A stretch of DNA of 64,000 bases from an uncultured Candidatus Binatia bacterium (GTDB lineage Bacteria > Desulfobacterota > Binatia > Bin18): positions 1,624,302 through 1,688,301 of the forward strand of contig CBDEVZ010000008.1 in the NCBI GenBank assembly GCA_965243735.1, in the 5' to 3' direction. Both the position numbers and the translations under genes were made by a program. A model generated the notes under the pieces. That model did no database searches and was not told the origin of the DNA. It was given only the letters and a program-made list of their open reading frames with translations. This document shows, in pieces, positions 1 to 10,800 of the stretch (position 1 is its first letter; every line of letters starts with the position of its first letter).

Positions 1-3000
1 GTGGAGCCTGACCGTCTACGGCCACCGCTCCACCCCCGGCGCACCGGATATCGACGAAGTGACTCCGGGGCCCGGCTCGCTCAGCGTGTCCTGGAAGGCG
101 CCGGACAACAGCGGTGTCTCCGCCGTCACCGGCTATGATGTCCGCTACATCAAGGCCAGCGAGGACGATACCAAGGACGACAGCTGGACGGTGGTGGCCA
201 CCGGCTGGACCTCCGGCGACGATCTGGAATACACCATCCCCAGCTTGGAGAGTGACGTTGCCTACGATGTCCAGGTGCGGGCGGTCAACGCCCAGGGCGA
301 CGGCGCCTGGTCGTCTACGGCCACCGAGAAACCCTCCAGCGACGCGCCCTACTTCTTGGAAGGCACCGCCACCACCCGAAGCGTCGAGGAGAATGCGTCT
401 GCCGGGACGAACGTCGGCGCCCCGGTCGCCGCTCGTGATCCCAGTATCCCCGCCGAGACCTTGACCTACACGCTTTCGGGCGCCGACGCCGGTTCGTTCG
501 ATATCGACAGCACTACCGGGCAACTGTCGGTCGCCACGGGAGCAGCGCTGGACCACGAAGCCACACCCAGCCTGACCGTCATCGTGGCGGCCACCGACCC
601 GGTGACGACCGACGATCCCACCGCCGACTCCGACTCCATCACCGTGACCATTACCGTCGTCGATGTGGATGAGCCGCCCACGCTGACGGGGGAAACCAGC
701 ATTGCGTATGCCGAGAACGGCTCGCTCCCGGTCGCCATCTACACCGCCACCGACCCGGAAGACGAGCCGATCACCTGGCTGCCGCTGACCGGGACGGACA
801 GCGGCGACTTTACCCTCAACAATGGCGTCCTGAGCTTCGCCACCGCTCCCGACTATGAGGCGCGCGGCGACAACGCCTATGCGGTGACCGTGCGTGCCTC
901 TGATGGCACTACGAGTTCCGCGACCCTGGATGTCACGGTCGCCGTCACCAACGTGGATGAAGTCCACACGCTGACGGAATTGTTCCGTATCGCGTCGTAT
1001 GCCGAGAACGGCACCGGGGCGGTGGCGGAATACAGCGTCAGTGACCCGGAGGGCGTGTCACCCACGTGGTCTCTGGCCGGAACCGACCGGGGCGACTTCA
1101 CCATTGCTGGCGGCGTCCTGCGCTTCGCAAACACCCCCGACTACGAGCGACCTGCCGACGCCGGTGGCAACAACGTCTATGCGGTGAGCGTGCAAGCCAC
1201 CGCCGGGGAGCACACCGTCGAGCAGGTTGTCACCATTCGTGTCACCAACGTGGATGAGCCGCCCACGCTGACGGGGCCGACCAGCGTGCCGCCGTATGAC
1301 GAGAACAGAACAACGCAGGTCGCCCGCTACACCGCCACCGACCCGGAGGGGGCGACCGTCCTGTGGTCGGTGGCCGGGGACGACGCTGAGGACTTCACCA
1401 TCAGCGGCGGCGTGCTGCACTTCGACCCCGCTCCCGACTACGAGGCGCGCGCCGACGCCGACGGTGACAATGACTATGAAGTGACCGTGGTCGCCTCCGA
1501 TGGCGGCCTCACCACGCGGCAGGCCCTCACCGTCACCGTCACCAACCTGAACGAAGCGGGCAGTCTGACCCTGTCATCGGAGTATCCGCAGGTCGAGACC
1601 CCCTTCACTGTGACCCTGACCGATCCCGACATCGTCTCTGCTAGCACCTGGGTCTGGGAGCGGTCTGCCAACCGGAGTGCGTGGACGGAGATTGATGGTG
1701 CAACCTCGGACCGCTACACGCCGGCGGACGAGGACATGAATCATTACCTGCGAGTCACGGTGGACTACACCGACGGGCACACGGCGTCCGGCAGCAAAAC
1801 GCTCCAGCACACGGCCCCCAACCGGGTCCGGGCGGAGCCGGGCGAGAACAACTTTCCGGTTTTCCCGGACACTGCCACGACCCGCAGCGTCCCGGAGAAC
1901 ACGCCAGCCGGGAGGAACATCGGCGACCCGGTAGTGGCCACCGACCTGGACGACGACCCGCTGACCTACTCCCTGGACGCTACGGGCGATAGCGTCTTCG
2001 CCATCGACAGCAGGTCCGGCCAGTTGCGGACCGAAGCGGCGTTGGACCATGAGGACACACCCAGCTACGCCGCTACCGTGACGGCCACCGACCCCTCCGG
2101 AGACTTCGATTCCATCGACGTGACCATCACCATTACCGACATAGACGAACCGCTCACGCTGATGGGGCCGAGCACTGTCCCATACGAAGAGAATAGCTCC
2201 GGGACCGTCGCTACCTTTAGCGCTGCCGACCCGGAAGAGGAACCCATCACGTGGACGCTGGCGGGAACTGACCGCACCGCCTTCACCCTCAGCGGCGGCG
2301 TCCTCACCTTCAACGATCCCCCCGACTACGAGGCGGACAACCGCTACAGCGTGACCGTGGAAGCCACCGCCGGCAGCCATACCGCGCGGCAGCCCGTCAC
2401 CGTCCGCATCACCAACGTGAACGAGGAGCCGGCAATCACCGGGCCGACCGCTATTGCCGATTATCTGGAGAACTCTACGGGACCCGTGGCCACCTACCGC
2501 GCCACCGACCCGGAACGCGATCCGATTCAATGGACGCTGGAGGGCACCGACTCGGACGCCTTCACCCTCAACGCCGGGGTGCTGCGCTTCCTCGCTCCGC
2601 CCGACCACGAAACCCAGGCGAGCTACTCGGTGACCGTAGTGGCCTCCGATGGGGAACTGACTGATGCACTGCCCGTGACGATTACCGTGACCAACGCGGA
2701 CGAAGCGGGCGATCTGACCCTGTCGTCGGTGCAGCCGCAGGTGGGCACCGAGCTGACTGCCATCCTGAGCGATCCCGACTGTAACCCTGACTGCGCTTCC
2801 GGTTCTAGCTGGGTCTGGGAACAGTCGCGTGACCGGCGGACATGGGAGGCCGTTAAGGGGACGCCCACCACCAAGTATACGCCGGAGACGGACGACCTGG
2901 GTACCTACCTGCGCGTTACGGCGACGTACACCGACGGGACCGGGTCGGCCAAGAGATCGCAGGTCATCTCGCCCCATGCGGTGCGGACGGAACCGCCCAC

Positions 3001-4642
3001 CAACGACCCTCCGGCCTTTCCTGCGTCCCCGCCCACTCGCACCGTTGGCGCCGATGCGAGCGCGGGCAGCCGCGTTGGGGCGCCGGTGACAGCCGCGGAC
3101 CCCGAGGACGACCCGCTTACCTACACGCTGAAGGATGAGCCGGGCGCGGCCTGTTTCGCTATCGATTGGGTCAGCGGCCAGATCGCGGTGGGCTCACAGG
3201 GACTGCTGCCCTGTGCCAGCACGGCCACGATCTCAGCCGGGCAGCGGACGATCAGCCCGCGAGTCGAGGTCCCCAATACCTACGAATTCACCGTGACCGC
3301 CACTGACCCGTCCCTGGACTCCGCCGTAATTCCCGTCTTCATCACCGTCGCGTCTTCTCCGTCGCCGCCCCCGCCAGGGCCGGGCGGTGGCGGTGGCAGC
3401 GGTGGAGGCGGTGGGGGGGGTGGCGGCGGAGGCGGCAGCCGTGAATCCACCTGCGCCGAGGACCTGCACGGCAACAGCGCGACTCAAGCCACCGGTATAG
3501 CCCTGGCCACCGAGACTGCCGGAGCCGTCTGTCCAGCTGCGGACGTGGATTATTTTACCGTGGCCGCTCCCGGCCGGGGCCTCCTGTTTGTCGATACCAC
3601 CAGTGGCGTGCCGACCCGCGGCACGCTCTGGCAGAACGGCGTGGTCTTAGCGTCCGGCTCCACGCGGGACAGTCGGCAGCCGGGGGACCGCCTCGGCGCC
3701 CGCGTGGAGGCCGGCCCAGTTGTCGTGGCGCTGCAAGGGCAGGGGGGGGCGACTGGGGCGTACACCCTCGTCATCACCTTCGCGCGGGGCTTTCTGGAGA
3801 ACCCGGGTCTCGACTCCTTCCAGAGCGGCGTTGGTGTGCTGTCGGGTTGGGTGTGTGAAGCGGACCTGGTGGAGATCGAGCTGAATGGGATGCCGCAGGA
3901 GGCGGCGTATGGCACGGATCGGCTGGACACCCAAGGCGTATGCGGGGACACGAACAACGGCTTTGGCCTCTTGTTCAACTGGAACCTGCTGGGGGATGGC
4001 GCGCATGAAGTGGTGGCCGTGGTCGATGGCGTCGAACTCAGGCGCGCCACCGTCACGGTAACGACGCTGGGGGAGGAGTTCGTGCGGGGGGTGAACGGGG
4101 AATGTACTGTCGCGGACTTTCCCAGTGTCGGCGAGAGTGTCCGGCTGGTGTGGCAGGCAGCCAGTCAGAGCTTCGTGCTGGCTGAGGGCGCCGTACCGAC
4201 CGGGGCGTCCCGCTCTGGGATAGCCGGGGTGGGGTATCTGGAGAACCCGAGCGCCAACTCGTTTCAGAGCGGCATCGGCGTCCTCTCGGGCTGGGTATGC
4301 GAGGCTGAGGAGGTGGTCATCGCGATTGGCGACCTGATCCCACAAGTGGCCGGCTACGGCACAGAGCGCCTGGACACCCAAGCAGTGTGCGGCGACACGG
4401 ATAATGGCTTCGGCTTGCTGTTCAACTGGAACCTGCTGGGGGACGGGGAGCACGAAGTGGTGGCCACCGTCGATGGCACAGAGTTAGGCCGGGCCACGGT
4501 GCGGGTGACGACCTTGGGCGAGGAGTTCGTGCGGGGGGCCGTGGGGGAATGTACGGTGGACGACTTCCCTGTGCCCGGCGAGACGGTCACGCTCACCTGG
4601 CAACACAACAGTCAGAACTTTGTCATTACCCAGGTCGAGTGA
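1..4642 (+). CDS. 5'-truncated giant secreted surface protein: FN3 + ~10 cadherin-like repeats + Gly-rich linker + PPC domain + tandem novel C-terminal domain (CTD-A 3788-4215, CTD-B 4234-4639)
   Basis: ORF 59..4642 stays open to base 1 in the same frame, so the gene starts before the window. FN3 signature (SVSWKAP...YDVQVRAVN). Cadherin-like repeats (ATDPEDEPITW...PDYE). DVDYFTV...AGPVVVALQG matches a PPC domain. The terminal tandem ~135-aa module is shared with six other genes in the window. Confidence 0.85.
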   Translation, partial: WSLTVYGHRSTPGAPDIDEVTPGPGSLSVSWKAPDNSGVSAVTGYDVRYIKASEDDTKDDSWTVVATGWTSGDDLEYTIPSLESDVAYDVQVRAVNAQGDGAWSSTATEKPSSDAPYFLEGTATTRSVEENASAGTNVGAPVAARDPSIPAETLTYTLSGADAGSFDIDSTTGQLSVATGAALDHEATPSLTVIVAATDPVTTDDPTADSDSITVTITVVDVDEPPTLTGETSIAYAENGSLPVAIYTATDPEDEPITWLPLTGTDSGDFTLNNGVLSFATAPDYEARGDNAYAVTVRASDGTTSSATLDVTVAVTNVDEVHTLTELFRIASYAENGTGAVAEYSVSDPEGVSPTWSLAGTDRGDFTIAGGVLRFANTPDYERPADAGGNNVYAVSVQATAGEHTVEQVVTIRVTNVDEPPTLTGPTSVPPYDENRTTQVARYTATDPEGATVLWSVAGDDAEDFTISGGVLHFDPAPDYEARADADGDNDYEVTVVASDGGLTTRQALTVTVTNLNEAGSLTLSSEYPQVETPFTVTLTDPDIVSASTWVWERSANRSAWTEIDGATSDRYTPADEDMNHYLRVTVDYTDGHTASGSKTLQHTAPNRVRAEPGENNFPVFPDTATTRSVPENTPAGRNIGDPVVATDLDDDPLTYSLDATGDSVFAIDSRSGQLRTEAALDHEDTPSYAATVTATDPSGDFDSIDVTITITDIDEPLTLMGPSTVPYEENSSGTVATFSAADPEEEPITWTLAGTDRTAFTLSGGVLTFNDPPDYEADNRYSVTVEATAGSHTARQPVTVRITNVNEEPAITGPTAIADYLENSTGPVATYRATDPERDPIQWTLEGTDSDAFTLNAGVLRFLAPPDHETQASYSVTVVASDGELTDALPVTITVTNADEAGDLTLSSVQPQVGTELTAILSDPDCNPDCASGSSWVWEQSRDRRTWEAVKGTPTTKYTPETDDLGTYLRVTATYTDGTGSAKRSQVISPHAVRTEPPTNDPPAFPASPPTRTVGADASAGSRVGAPVTAADPEDDPLTYTLKDEPGAACFAIDWVSGQIAVGSQGLLPCASTATISAGQRTISPRVEVPNTYEFTVTATDPSLDSAVIPVFITVASSPSPPPPGPGGGGGSGGGGGGGGGGGGSRESTCAEDLHGNSATQATGIALATETAGAVCPAADVDYFTVAAPGRGLLFVDTTSGVPTRGTLWQNGVVLASGSTRDSRQPGDRLGARVEAGPVVVALQGQGGATGAYTLVITFARGFLENPGLDSFQSGVGVLSGWVCEADLVEIELNGMPQEAAYGTDRLDTQGVCGDTNNGFGLLFNWNLLGDGAHEVVAVVDGVELRRATVTVTTLGEEFVRGVNGECTVADFPSVGESVRLVWQAASQSFVLAEGAVPTGASRSGIAGVGYLENPSANSFQSGIGVLSGWVCEAEEVVIAIGDLIPQVAGYGTERLDTQAVCGDTDNGFGLLFNWNLLGDGEHEVVATVDGTELGRATVRVTTLGEEFVRGAVGECTVDDFPVPGETVTLTWQHNSQNFVITQVE

Positions 4643-4644
4643 GC

Positions 4645-4770
4645 CAACCCCGGCGGCCCTGCTGGGGTTGGTGCTCCCCGCTCATTCCTTTTCCCCCCTT
4701 TGTCCGTTTTTTCCGTGCTTTCCTGCCCATTTGAGCAGCGCACTTTTCCGGCCAGCCGGGTATAGGCAGC
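4645..4770 (+). promoter_or_regulatory. Conserved post-stop module M1: GC hairpin (4645-4672), CT-rich tract (4681-4722), 18-bp palindrome CTGCCCATTTGAGCAGCG (4723-4740), TATAGG box (~4763)
   Basis: Same arrangement recurs after six other CTD genes at a fixed distance from the stop. CCAACCCC...GGGGTTGG inverted repeat. TGCCCA/TGGGCA half-sites. Confidence 0.45.
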
Positions 4771-4886
4771 GAGGTCTGAGCCTGCGCCCGGCCCTTGGCC
4801 GGTATTGCCGGAGTACGCGGAAGCACGAATGCGCATGAGGACGGAGCCTGACCCCGAACAGTGAAGGCTAACAGACATCACATAAT

Positions 4887-7800
4887 GTGATGGAATCCAA
4901 CTCTCAATTTTGGATATGGCCACGCTGGTGGGCGGCCGGGCTGCTCGTCCTGCTGCTCGTGGGGTGGTCTGCCAGTGCCCACGCCCAATCGGCCCCCTAT
5001 CAGGTAACCTTTGAGGGCAACTGGACCACTACCGCGACTCCCGATGGGGTGCCCGCCGGGGCACATTTCTCGCCCTTGATCGGGGCCGTCCACAATGACC
5101 AGGTCACTTTCTGGCAGAGTGGCGGTACGGCCAGCACGGGGATCGAGAGTATGGCGGAGATTGGGGGCACGAGCGCCCTCAAATCCGAGATCACCAATGC
5201 CGGCTCAGCGGCGTCCAGCACCATTGAGCGCAGTGGCAATATCGGCGTGACTGCTGAAGTCACGGTGGATATCACGCTCAGCCCCACCCATCCTCTGGTG
5301 ACCCTGGTGACGATGATTGCCCCGAGCCCGGATTGGTTTGTGGGTGTGGCCGACCTGTCCCTGCTTGATGCCCAGAACAAATGGCTGGCGTCACATACGA
5401 TCAACTTGTTTCCGTACGACGCCGGGACCGAGGACGGCACCGAATTTTCGCTAAGTAACGCCGCGACCGATCCCCAGGGCACGATTACCAGCATCGAGGG
5501 GACCGGGAAGTTCTCGAATGAGCCGATGGCGACCCTCACCTTCACGCTGCAGGATGCCGCCCCCGAGATCACCAGCGCGACGACCTTCCCGGTTGACGAG
5601 GGCACCACGACCGTGACGACGCTGACCGCCGTAGACGCGAACGACGACCCGCTGACCTGGACGATTCCGGCAGATGCGGCGGGCGGGGCGGATGCCGCGC
5701 AGTTCACGCTCAGCTCTGCGGGGGTTCTGGCCTTTGCCACGGCCCCGGACTACGAAGCCCCGGCCGACGCGGACACAGACAACCGCTACGAGGTGACGGT
5801 CCAGGTGAGCGACGGCGCCACTCCCGTCACGGCCGCCCTCGAAGTCACGGTCGCCAACGTTATCGAACTGACGGCGATCAGCGGACCGGCAACGGTCTCG
5901 TTCGACGAAAACGGTTGGGGCCGGGTGGCCACGTTCACGGCCTCGTCGGAGGAGGACCGGGCCGGCATCGAATGGGTCCTGGGCGGGGATGATGCGGCCC
6001 ACTTCACGATCGATAGTCCGCCGGGCGCGCTCCGCTTCGACATCGATCCGGTCGCGCCGCGCCTCTTCGCCCAGCCGCCGGACTTCGATGCGCCGGTGGA
6101 CGACGATACGGACAACGCGTACGCGCTGACCCTGCTGGCCCGAGCAGGGTCGGCCATCAGCGACACGGCCTTCCCGGTCACGGTCACCGTCACCGACGTG
6201 GACGAGGACGGCACGCTCTCGCTGTCCGCGACGCGTCCTGCGCTCGGTGTGGCGTTGACCGCCACGCTCGCCGACGCGGACGGGGTGGTTGACGAATCGA
6301 CGGTTTGGACGTGGGAGCGATCCGCGGGCCGCAACGTCTGGGCCGCAGTCGACGGGGCGGATGCGGCCGCGTACACGCCGGTGGCCGCCGACACGGGCGA
6401 GTTCCTGCGGGTCACGGCGACCTATACGGACGAGCACGGGAGCGGCAAGACGGTCCGCGAAGTGGCGGCGGACGTGGTGCGGGGGCCGCTGCTGACGAGC
6501 CTGACGGCCGAGACGACGGATTCCCAGGCGGACTCAACGCAGTCCCTGTTCCCGGCGTTCAATGCGCAGACGCTGCACTACGGCATTGGCTGCAATACCA
6601 CCGACACGATGACGCTCACCGTGTCGGGGCCGGCCAACGCCCGAATCTCAGTTGATGGCGTACAGGCCGCAAGTGCGACCGCGATCAGCGTTTCTGTGGG
6701 CGAAGACGACGACGTGTCGATCACCGTCACCGACACCAGCGGAGCCCGCACGACGTACACCGTCCACTGCATGGCGGACGAGTTGTTTGAGTTCGAGATG
6801 CACAGGTACCCGGGCGCCACCGACGTGACGGAGGATCTGTACATGTTCACGCTGCAAGGTGTGGAGTATCTCGTGGCCCTGGACCGGAACGGCGTACCGA
6901 GAATTGGCCGTAGCGCCGCCATTCGCCATTGGTTCGCCATCAGGTTCACCCGGGTCGGCGCCGACGGCGCGTACCGGTACGCGTACGCCCCCAAAGACGG
7001 GGATGGGTACTGGATTCTGGACGAGAACCTGGAAGTGATCGACGATACGGTGAGGACCGTGGCGCCGCTGACCACCATCAACTGGCATGACTTCCGGTTG
7101 CTGGAGGACGGGAATTACCTGCTGATGGCCTGGGAACCGGCCACCCGCGATCTCAGCGGGCTCGACCTGCCGTTTCCCGCCGGGCAGGATTTCACCGCCG
7201 TCAGTGTGCTCGACTCAGCGGCGCAGATCGTCACGCCCGACGGCGAGGCCGTCTTCAACTGGAATTCCTGGGACCAGGTGGCCCTTGAAGACTGCGTGCA
7301 GCACCGCTTCCCCGTGGTGCTCCCCGCTGCTCCCCAAGGCAGGCAAGCAGGTGGGGGCTACGCGCATATCAACGGAATGGATGTTGCGGATGGTGTGTTC
7401 GTTGGCTCCCTGCGTGGTTGTTCGCAAGTCGTGGGCGTCGATCTGGACACCGAAGAAGTGATCTGGCGGATGGGCCGCACCAACCTCAGCGACGAAGAGT
7501 GGAGGGAGCGTGGGCTCGTGCCGCCGTTGGACTTGATCAACGATCCTGAGGGGGAGTTCTGCGGACAGCACACAACGCAGTTTCTGCCCAACGGGAATGT
7601 CTTCTTCTACGACAACGGTGTGGTTTGCGTGATCGATCCGTTGACGTTCGAAGAGTTGGGGCGGGAAGGACGGGACTTCAGCCGGGCGGTGGAGTACGCG
7701 CTGGACCTTGACAACGACGAAGCGGTCTTCGTGCGCGATCACTCCCTGCATGGCGAAAGAGTGCATCTTGCCCCTGCCACGGGCAGCGTGGATCCCCTGG

Positions 7801-10800
7801 ACAACGGGGACTGGCTGGTCAGTTGGGGCCGCCCCTCGGAGGAGTATCTCCCGAACAATGAAGCCGTCACGCTGGTCGACCCGGACACCGGCCAGGAGAA
7901 ACTCGCCATTCGGTTCACAGTCGTGGACCCCAACGCGGAGCGCCTTCGCCACATCAACGCGAGCGTTGTGCCGGCGGAGGCGCTGGCGCCGCAACCGACG
8001 CCATTGACGGCCGAGATCACGGACAGCCCGTCTCCCGCCACGTTCCACACCGGCGCCGAGGGCGCGCCGCAAGTCGTGGTGGCCTTCAGCCGGCCCGTCG
8101 TCGATTTCGCCCCGACCACGCCCTCGCTCAGCGTGACCGGTGCGACGGTCGCCAGCGTCAGCGCCCACGTCGTGGCCGGCGCACCGGCCAACGCCTACCT
8201 GGTCACGCTCACGCCCGACGGCGACGGGGCCATCACCTTCGGCTTCGTGACCGACCAGCCCTGCGCCGACGGCGGCATCTGCACGGCCGACGGGACGCCG
8301 CTGTCGGAAGTACCGACCGCCCTCACCATCCCCGGCCCGGTCACCGCCAGCTTTGGTGCGGCGAGCTATAGCGTCAACGAGGGGGAGAGCGTCAGCGTCG
8401 TCGTGGAGCTGGACCGCGCCCACGGGCGGCCGGGAGACGTCACGATTCCCCTGGCCGTGGAGAGCGGCAGCACGGCAACGGCCACCGACTATACCCTGCC
8501 CCTCCAGGTGACGTTTGGCCCGAGTGAGACTCGCCAGACGGTCTCACTCGCCACCCACGCCGACACCAGCCTTGAAGAGGCCGAGACCGTTGAGGTCACC
8601 TTCGGTGCGCTGCCGTCCGGTGTCAACGCGGGGACCACCACGGTAACAAGCGTCACGATCACCGACCGGACTCCTGCGGCCCGGTTTAATCTGACCCTCA
8701 ATCCAACCACCATCGTGGAGGGCGGCACGGCCGACGTGCGCGCCAGTATCACCAACGGCGTCACGTTTACCACGGATCAGACCCTCACCCTCGGCTTCAG
8801 TGGCAGCGCGACACAGGAGACGGATTACACCATCGACTCTGCCACCCTCAGCCTGCTGGCAGGACAATCATCGGTCGCGACTATTTTGCGGGCGACGGAC
8901 GATGCCGATACGGAACCCGCCGAGACAATCAGGGTGGCGGTCCACCACGAGACGACCCAGGTCGCGACGCAGACGGCCACGGTCCCGGCCAGCGACCAGC
9001 CAGCAGTGACCCCCCAGATTGCGGTCCGCGCCGGGCGGAATCCGGCCCAGGAAGCCGAGGGCGCGCTCTTCACCGTGACGCGGACCGGCGAGACCACGAC
9101 GAATTTGACCGTGGCCGTCGAGGTGACGGCGAGTGGGAGCATGCCGCTGGCGGGCACGCCGCCCACGGCGGTGACCTTCAGCGTGGGGCAGGAGAACGTG
9201 TCCCTGGCTGTCCCCACCGTGGACGATACGATTATTGAAGGTCCCAGCGAGCGGAGCGTGGTGCGGGCCGAGGTGGTGGCCGACCCGAACACCCCACCGC
9301 TCTACCTGCGCGGCTCCCCGGCCAGTGCCGAGGTAACCGTCGAGGACGATGACGAGGCCGAGTTTGGCGTGACGGTTGCTCCGAACCCGGTGGCAGAGGG
9401 TAGCACGGCTAACGCGCAGGTCGCGATCACCAACGGCGTCACGTTTACGGACGATCAGACGGTGAGCCTCACCTTCAGCGGCGTGGCGACACGGGAGACG
9501 GATTACACCGTGGGAGCCACCACCCTGACCCTCACGGCGGGACAGTCGTCCGTTGTAGCGACCCTCAGCGTGACCGACGACGGCGACAAGGAACCGGCCG
9601 AGAGCGTGCATATTATCGCCCAGCATGCGGGCCGGGAGGTGGGGCGGGCAACGCTCACCATCGCGGCCAGCGAAGACACCAAGCCGCCGACCCTGGAGCG
9701 GGCGGAAGTGCTGCGGGATGGGCGCACCCTGCGGCTGACCTTTAGTGAACCGCTTGACGAAGCCGCGCCCTACCGCCCGGCCGCCACGGCCTTCGCCGTC
9801 ACGGTAGCGGGCGCGCCGCGTGGGGTCAGGACGGTGACGCTCACCGGGGAGACGGTCGTCCTGGGGCTGGCCCGCCCGGTCGGACCGGGCCAAGAGGTGA
9901 CGGTGAGCTACACCGCGCCTGAGAGCGGCAGTGGGCACCCCGCCTTGCAGGACCCAGCGGCCCATGTCGTGGCGAGCTTTGTCGATGCGGCGGTGGACAA
10001 TCAGGCCCAGGCCCGCAGTCAGCCGCCCGGTGGCTCCGGTGGTGGGGGGGGCGGGGGGGGCAGTGGCAGCGGGGGCAGTCCGGACGCTCACGGCAATACC
10101 GCGGCGCAGGCTACGGTCGTCTCGCTCGGCGCGCCCGCCCCGTGGCGGTCGGCCACGAGCGGGCAGCTCAGTCCGGCCAGCGATGTGGATTACTTCACCT
10201 TCACGGTCCCTCAGGCCGGAGTCCTGGTGGCCGAAACCACCGGCGCCACCGCTACGGTCGGGACGGTGTGGCAAGATGGGGTCGCATTGGGCACGGCGGC
10301 CAGTGGCGGGGCGGGCCCGAACTTTCGGCTGACTGTCCCTGTACACGCCGGGCCGGTGGTGGTGGCCGTGCGGGGCCAGGGGGAGCAGACCGGGGCGTAT
10401 CGGTTGGTAACGCGCCTGGTCGTCGGCTTTCTGGAGAATCCCGGTCCCGATTCCTTTCAAAGCGGTATTGGCGTGGTGTCGGGCTGGGTGTGTGGGGCGG
10501 CCAGGGTCGAGATTGCACTCAACGGCGTACTCCACGAGGCGGCGTACGGGACGGAGCGGCTGGACACGGAGCCGGTGTGCGGGGCCAGCGCCACCGGCTT
10601 TGGGGTGTTGTTCAACTGGAATCTGCTGGGCGATGGCGCGCATGAAGTGGTGGCGTTCGTGGACGGCATCGAACTGACCCGGGCTACGGTCACGGTAACG
10701 ACGCTGGGGGAGGAGTTCGTACGGGGTGTGAGCGGGGAGTGTACTGTCGCGGACTTTCCGAGCGGAGGTGAGACGGCCACCCTGGCGTGGCAAGAGGCGC

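Noticed and set aside
3280-3474. Poly-proline ORFs (3280..3474-, 30439..30657-, 40388..40690-)
   Set aside because: Reverse-complement shadows of the poly-Gly linker coding regions (GGN runs read as CCN); not independent genes.
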